Of a stretch of 64,000 bases of DNA, positions 59,960 to 64,000 are shown piece after piece. Source of the stretch: Octopus bimaculoides (lineage: Eukaryota); the NCBI RefSeq assembly GCF_001194135.2, contig NC_068981.1, forward strand, positions 106,218,545 to 106,282,544. Reading direction: 5' to 3'. Both the position numbers and the translations under genes were made by a program. The notes beneath the pieces are model-generated. The model was not told where the DNA came from and did no database searches. It saw only the letters and a list, made by a program, of their open reading frames with translations. How positions within the stretch are numbered: the stretch's first letter is position 1; each line of letters begins with the position of its first letter.

Positions 59960-61432
59960 TTTTTTATCCTATTTGGTTTGTACCTTAAGAACTGCTTTCT
60001 CTTCCATATATAATCCTAGACTTGTTCTGTTTAATTATACAATCTCTTTTACACTTATTAATCTCCTCTGCCTTCTGTACTTTTTCAGTATCAACAATCC
60101 ACATCTGATTATAAGGGTATATTTTTGCGTATTGCAAGCTTCTTTCTGTCAGTTTGAATGGTGAAGTTCCAGAGGAGTGAGATGTGATCATTTTCACGCA
60201 CTGGAGGCAGTTTGTATTCCCACCAGTTTTTATCACGGGGCAGGTCCAGATTTTTTGCAAATTACTCAGTGAATATACTGTGCTGCTCTATCATGCCTGT
60301 TGAGATACTCTGTAGGCACAAGAAGACTGCACATTGAGACAATATGATCAATGGTTTCATTTTGTTGTTTACATACATGACACGTTGGGCTACTGCTATT
60401 CTTTAATATGTTGGCCTGGTAGCTCCTTGTAGGTAGGCATTGGTACTGGGCTGCTATGATAAACCCTTCTGTTTCTGATTTTAAGTCAGAAGACACTAAC
60501 CATTGATGAGTAAGGGCTTTGTTAACATCAGCATTATTAGCTTTCTTTGGGTATTTGCTATTCAGAGGTTTTTCTTGCCCAGTAAGAATATCTAAGGCAG
60601 CAGTTTTAGCACAGGTCTTCATATGCTTAACTTTTTATGTGCTTGTTTCCAGTAGGTACAATTCTGAGCTTTGTTGTATTTGGAATTCACTTAGATATTC
60701 CTTTGCCTGTTTTATTACTGAGTATGATGCTTTCTTGTTTTCGTGCTTTAAGACAAGTTTTAACATCCAGTCCTCAGAGTTTTTCAGGCAGGTGTTTAGG
60801 CCAATTGTGGCAATCTTCATTGTTAATTCCAGTTGTAAAAGTCCAATGCCACCCTCTTTTCTTGGCAAGTAAAGTTGTTCTATATCTGCCTTAGGGTGGT
60901 GCATTCTATACATTGTCAGCAATTTTCGTATTTTTCTGTCAAGATTACATATTTCAGTAATTGACCAGTCAATGATATTGAAGCTGTAAGTCACAACCAG
61001 TATGGCTAAAGTATTGATCGCTTTGATCCTGTTTCTTGCATTCAGCTCTGTTTTGAGTATTGCCCTTACCCTGCGATAGCATTCTCTTCTCATCATTGAA
61101 TGTTTGATTTCATTACTTTCAAATACCCCTAGGTATTTGTAGCTTTCCACTGGTTCTAACTCCTTTATGGCATTCTGCTGGTTAAGATTAATGTTGGATG
61201 TTTCTGTCATTTTTCCTTTGATAAAGGTAGCTTTTGCATATTTATTGAGGCCAAATTGCATCCTGATGACATCACTGAATTGTTTAACAATTGCTAGTAA
61301 GCCCTGTAGTTGTCGGTCATTTTTTGCAAAGAGTTTTAAATCATCCATGTAAAAGAGATGATTTATACTTTTATCAAACATTTTATAGTCATATTGTACA
61401 TCATCGAGCAATGTCAAGAGAGGTACTAGCTG
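59960..61432 (-). mobile_element. 5'-truncated R4/Dong-clade LINE: RT C-half, CCHC knuckle, RHD motif
   Basis: ORF 60635-61450 with HLFYMDDLKLF, YKYLG and LYLPRKEGGIGL; ORF 60266-60622 with TEGFIIAAQ..CLPTR...CHVC...ETIDHIVSMC...RHD. Confidence 0.92.
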
Positions 61433-61584
61433 GACCCATGAAAAATTCACGGAAAATATAAAAAATACAGTTCTATATTTAAGAGATGAGGAATTTATTT
61501 CAGATATTCTAAAAAATTATCTCCGGCATCATTGAGAGGACGTTGGTGTTGCCATGGCAGAGGTTTGCACTCTCTGAGTGCTGC

Positions 61585-61790
61585 TGCCCTTCTTCTTCTT
61601 CTTAGTTTTCTTCTTAGTCTTCTTCTTCTTAGTCTTCTCCTTCTTCTTCTTAGTCTTCTTTTTCTTCTTCTTCTTAGTCTTCTTCTTCTTCTTCTTCTTA
61701 GTCTTCTTCTTTTTCTTCTTCTTTTTCTTCTTTTTCTTTTTCTTCTTCTTCTTCTCCTCCTCCTCCTCCTCCCCCTCCTCCTCCTTCTTC
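61585..61790. repeat. Compound (CTT)n / (CTTCTTCTTAGT)n / (CCT)n repeat
   Basis: Direct inspection; source of the poly-K, poly-L and poly-F ORFs. Confidence 0.95.
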
Positions 61791-62879
61791 TTGATGCTGT
61801 TGCTCTGGTTAAATGTATTACATATTACTCCCTTTTTGAATTTACAATTTTCATATTTAAACAAAAAATTGGATGTTTATCTCTGTTGTGTATTTTGTAA
61901 GCTTCCTACATGCAAAAGGCAGAGAGTTTGATATCTGTGTCTTTCCCCCTTCTGAGTGGAAGAGAAAAAAAAAAGCTTAAATATATTTTTTGCTTGTTTA
62001 TATTATCCCTAAAAGGGAGATGAAATATAGAGACAAAATGTATAGCATTATTCAATTACAGTCCTATACATTTTGGGTTCAAATCCTTTACTTTTCATCC
62101 CCGTGGAGTTGATAGAATAAAGTAACAGTGAAAAACTGGGGTTAATTTAATTAACTATACACATCTTCAAAACGTGTGGCCATGCATCTGTGTCAGAAAT
62201 CATTGTTATTAGGATTTTCTCCACATTTCTAAATATTGAAATGATCCATTTACTTCCACAATGAAATTTTTATCTGTGGCAGTTTCTGTTATTGAATCAG
62301 CCACCATGTTTAGATAACTTGCATTCTATCAAGAGAGGAAACGTGCTTTCAAAATAATGTCATTCACTAAATAGATTCATGCAACTGTAGACTGTGGAAT
62401 AAACAGCTCTTCTATCAAACTGTTACAGCTAGCTTAAAGGAAGAATTATCTGGATATGCTTCATTGAAGCAAGTCTTATGTTCTCAGCAGTACTAACAAT
62501 TGCATGAGTATGTGTGCTTGGAGATGTTGTGTGTGCATGGGCATACATACACATGTGCATTTATGCATCTATGTCTGTGGTTAAGTGCTGTAAATATATG
62601 TCATATATGAATCCATAAATAAATGGTGTGTATGTATATGAGTATGTGGTTGTGTGTGTATGTGTGTGTGTGTGTGTCTGTGTGTAATATATCCACTATG
62701 TATTCAGGATTTAATTATAAAGCATGTTTAAATAGTGGCTTACTATCAAGAAAAACACACACATGCTCACACATAAATACACATTCTCTCTTTCCGTCTG
62801 ACATGTATGCTTATTCACTTATATATACAATTCTATCTATCTATCTATCATCATCATCATCCATGTATGCATAGGTAGG

Positions 62880-63110
<231 letters not shown>

Positions 63111-63207
63111 ATCTTTCTGTGAATGTTATTTTCTTACCACACATTAACTTTGTTAATATCTATCTTTTCTCTCAAAATTCCTTTTAAGTACTGTGTATAT
63201 GTTTACA

Positions 63208-63256
<49 letters not shown>

Positions 63257-63779
63257 TATAAAGGAATAGGAACTTGAAATCCAGGCAGGCACTTTATGAG
63301 TACTCTGATGCAATCCAGATCTGGCTAACCACATTGAATGATGGGGAATATTCAAAATCATTTAAGATGAACAATGAAACTACATTATTTGAGACGTAAA
63401 TCCCGAGTTCACGTCATTGGACTTCAAGCAGCATACAAAGCATATAATCATGACATCATAAAGAAGACTGGAGAGTCATACATCTTCAGAATTTCATTCT
63501 GAAATATATTTCTGCTGGATAAGTATCCTAATGTCCTTAGATATAGCAGTTATGTGCATTTAGTTGATTTATATTAAATCAATTGCAATACACATTCATC
63601 TAAAGGTTGACAATTCTATTCAGTTCTATTCAAGGTGTTACCCATACTGGTGGTTGAAGTGAACTGAAGATTCAAGTATTAGACATGCTTTCTTCATGAA
63701 AGCATATCTAATACATGAATACTTGAATATCTGCTACTTGAATATGTTCTTTAAGTATATAAGTGGTAGATATATGCTT

Positions 63780-63985
63780 GGGAATATACTCAATTATTGA
63801 CCTCACCCTTGATATCATAACTGGTGATTTCACCATTGATAAATTGAAAGAAGTCTTTAAAAACACTAAAAACTGAAAGGCTGTTGGACTGGATAACATT
63901 CCACCTGAAGTCTAGGAAACAGAGGAATTCAATGATATTCTGTTAGCCTTCAGCAAAACAGTCTACAACAGAGACAACATTGACA
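63780..63985 (+). mobile_element. LINE pre-RT fragment (RTE-like)
   Basis: LDIITGDFTIDKLKEVFKNTKN*KAVGLDNIPPEV*ETEEFNDILL. Confidence 0.65.
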
Positions 63986-64000
63986 ATATATATATATATA

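Noticed and set aside
61529-61931. Poly-K, poly-L and poly-F ORFs
   Set aside because: Translations of a (CTT)n compound repeat.

Overview
AT-rich, microsatellite-dense animal genomic DNA with about 12 assembly gaps. The SINE and LINE families resemble those I recall from Octopus, so the taxon is an inference. I cannot support any intact host protein-coding gene; the window reads as intronic or intergenic sequence packed with decayed transposons. DNA transposons: three Tigger/pogo fossils, a mariner and a mariner MITE, a DD37D (maT-like) and a probable DD37E Tc1 element, and Helitrons. Retroelements: a deleted Gypsy LTR element, many RTE LINE fragments, Penelope-like (PLE) RT and GIY-YIG fragments, several tRNA-derived SINE families, and a cluster of R4/Dong-like restriction-like-endonuclease LINE fragments piled into (TAA)n tracts at 56-61 kb. 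The most unusual signal is a set of minimal type I hammerhead ribozyme (HHR) motifs found by eye. One has a fully intact catalytic core inside a 245-bp inverted repeat (17368-17410). Two face outward in the arms of a 287-bp palindrome (14489-14775). Two lie 324 nt apart downstream of a Penelope GIY-YIG fragment (50321-50679). Decayed copies occur in another repeat family, and a weaker pair sits in a 425-bp palindrome. Together they suggest non-autonomous, ribozyme-bearing PLE/retrozyme-like elements that insert as inverted dimers. All coordinates were read by eye and element boundaries are approximate.
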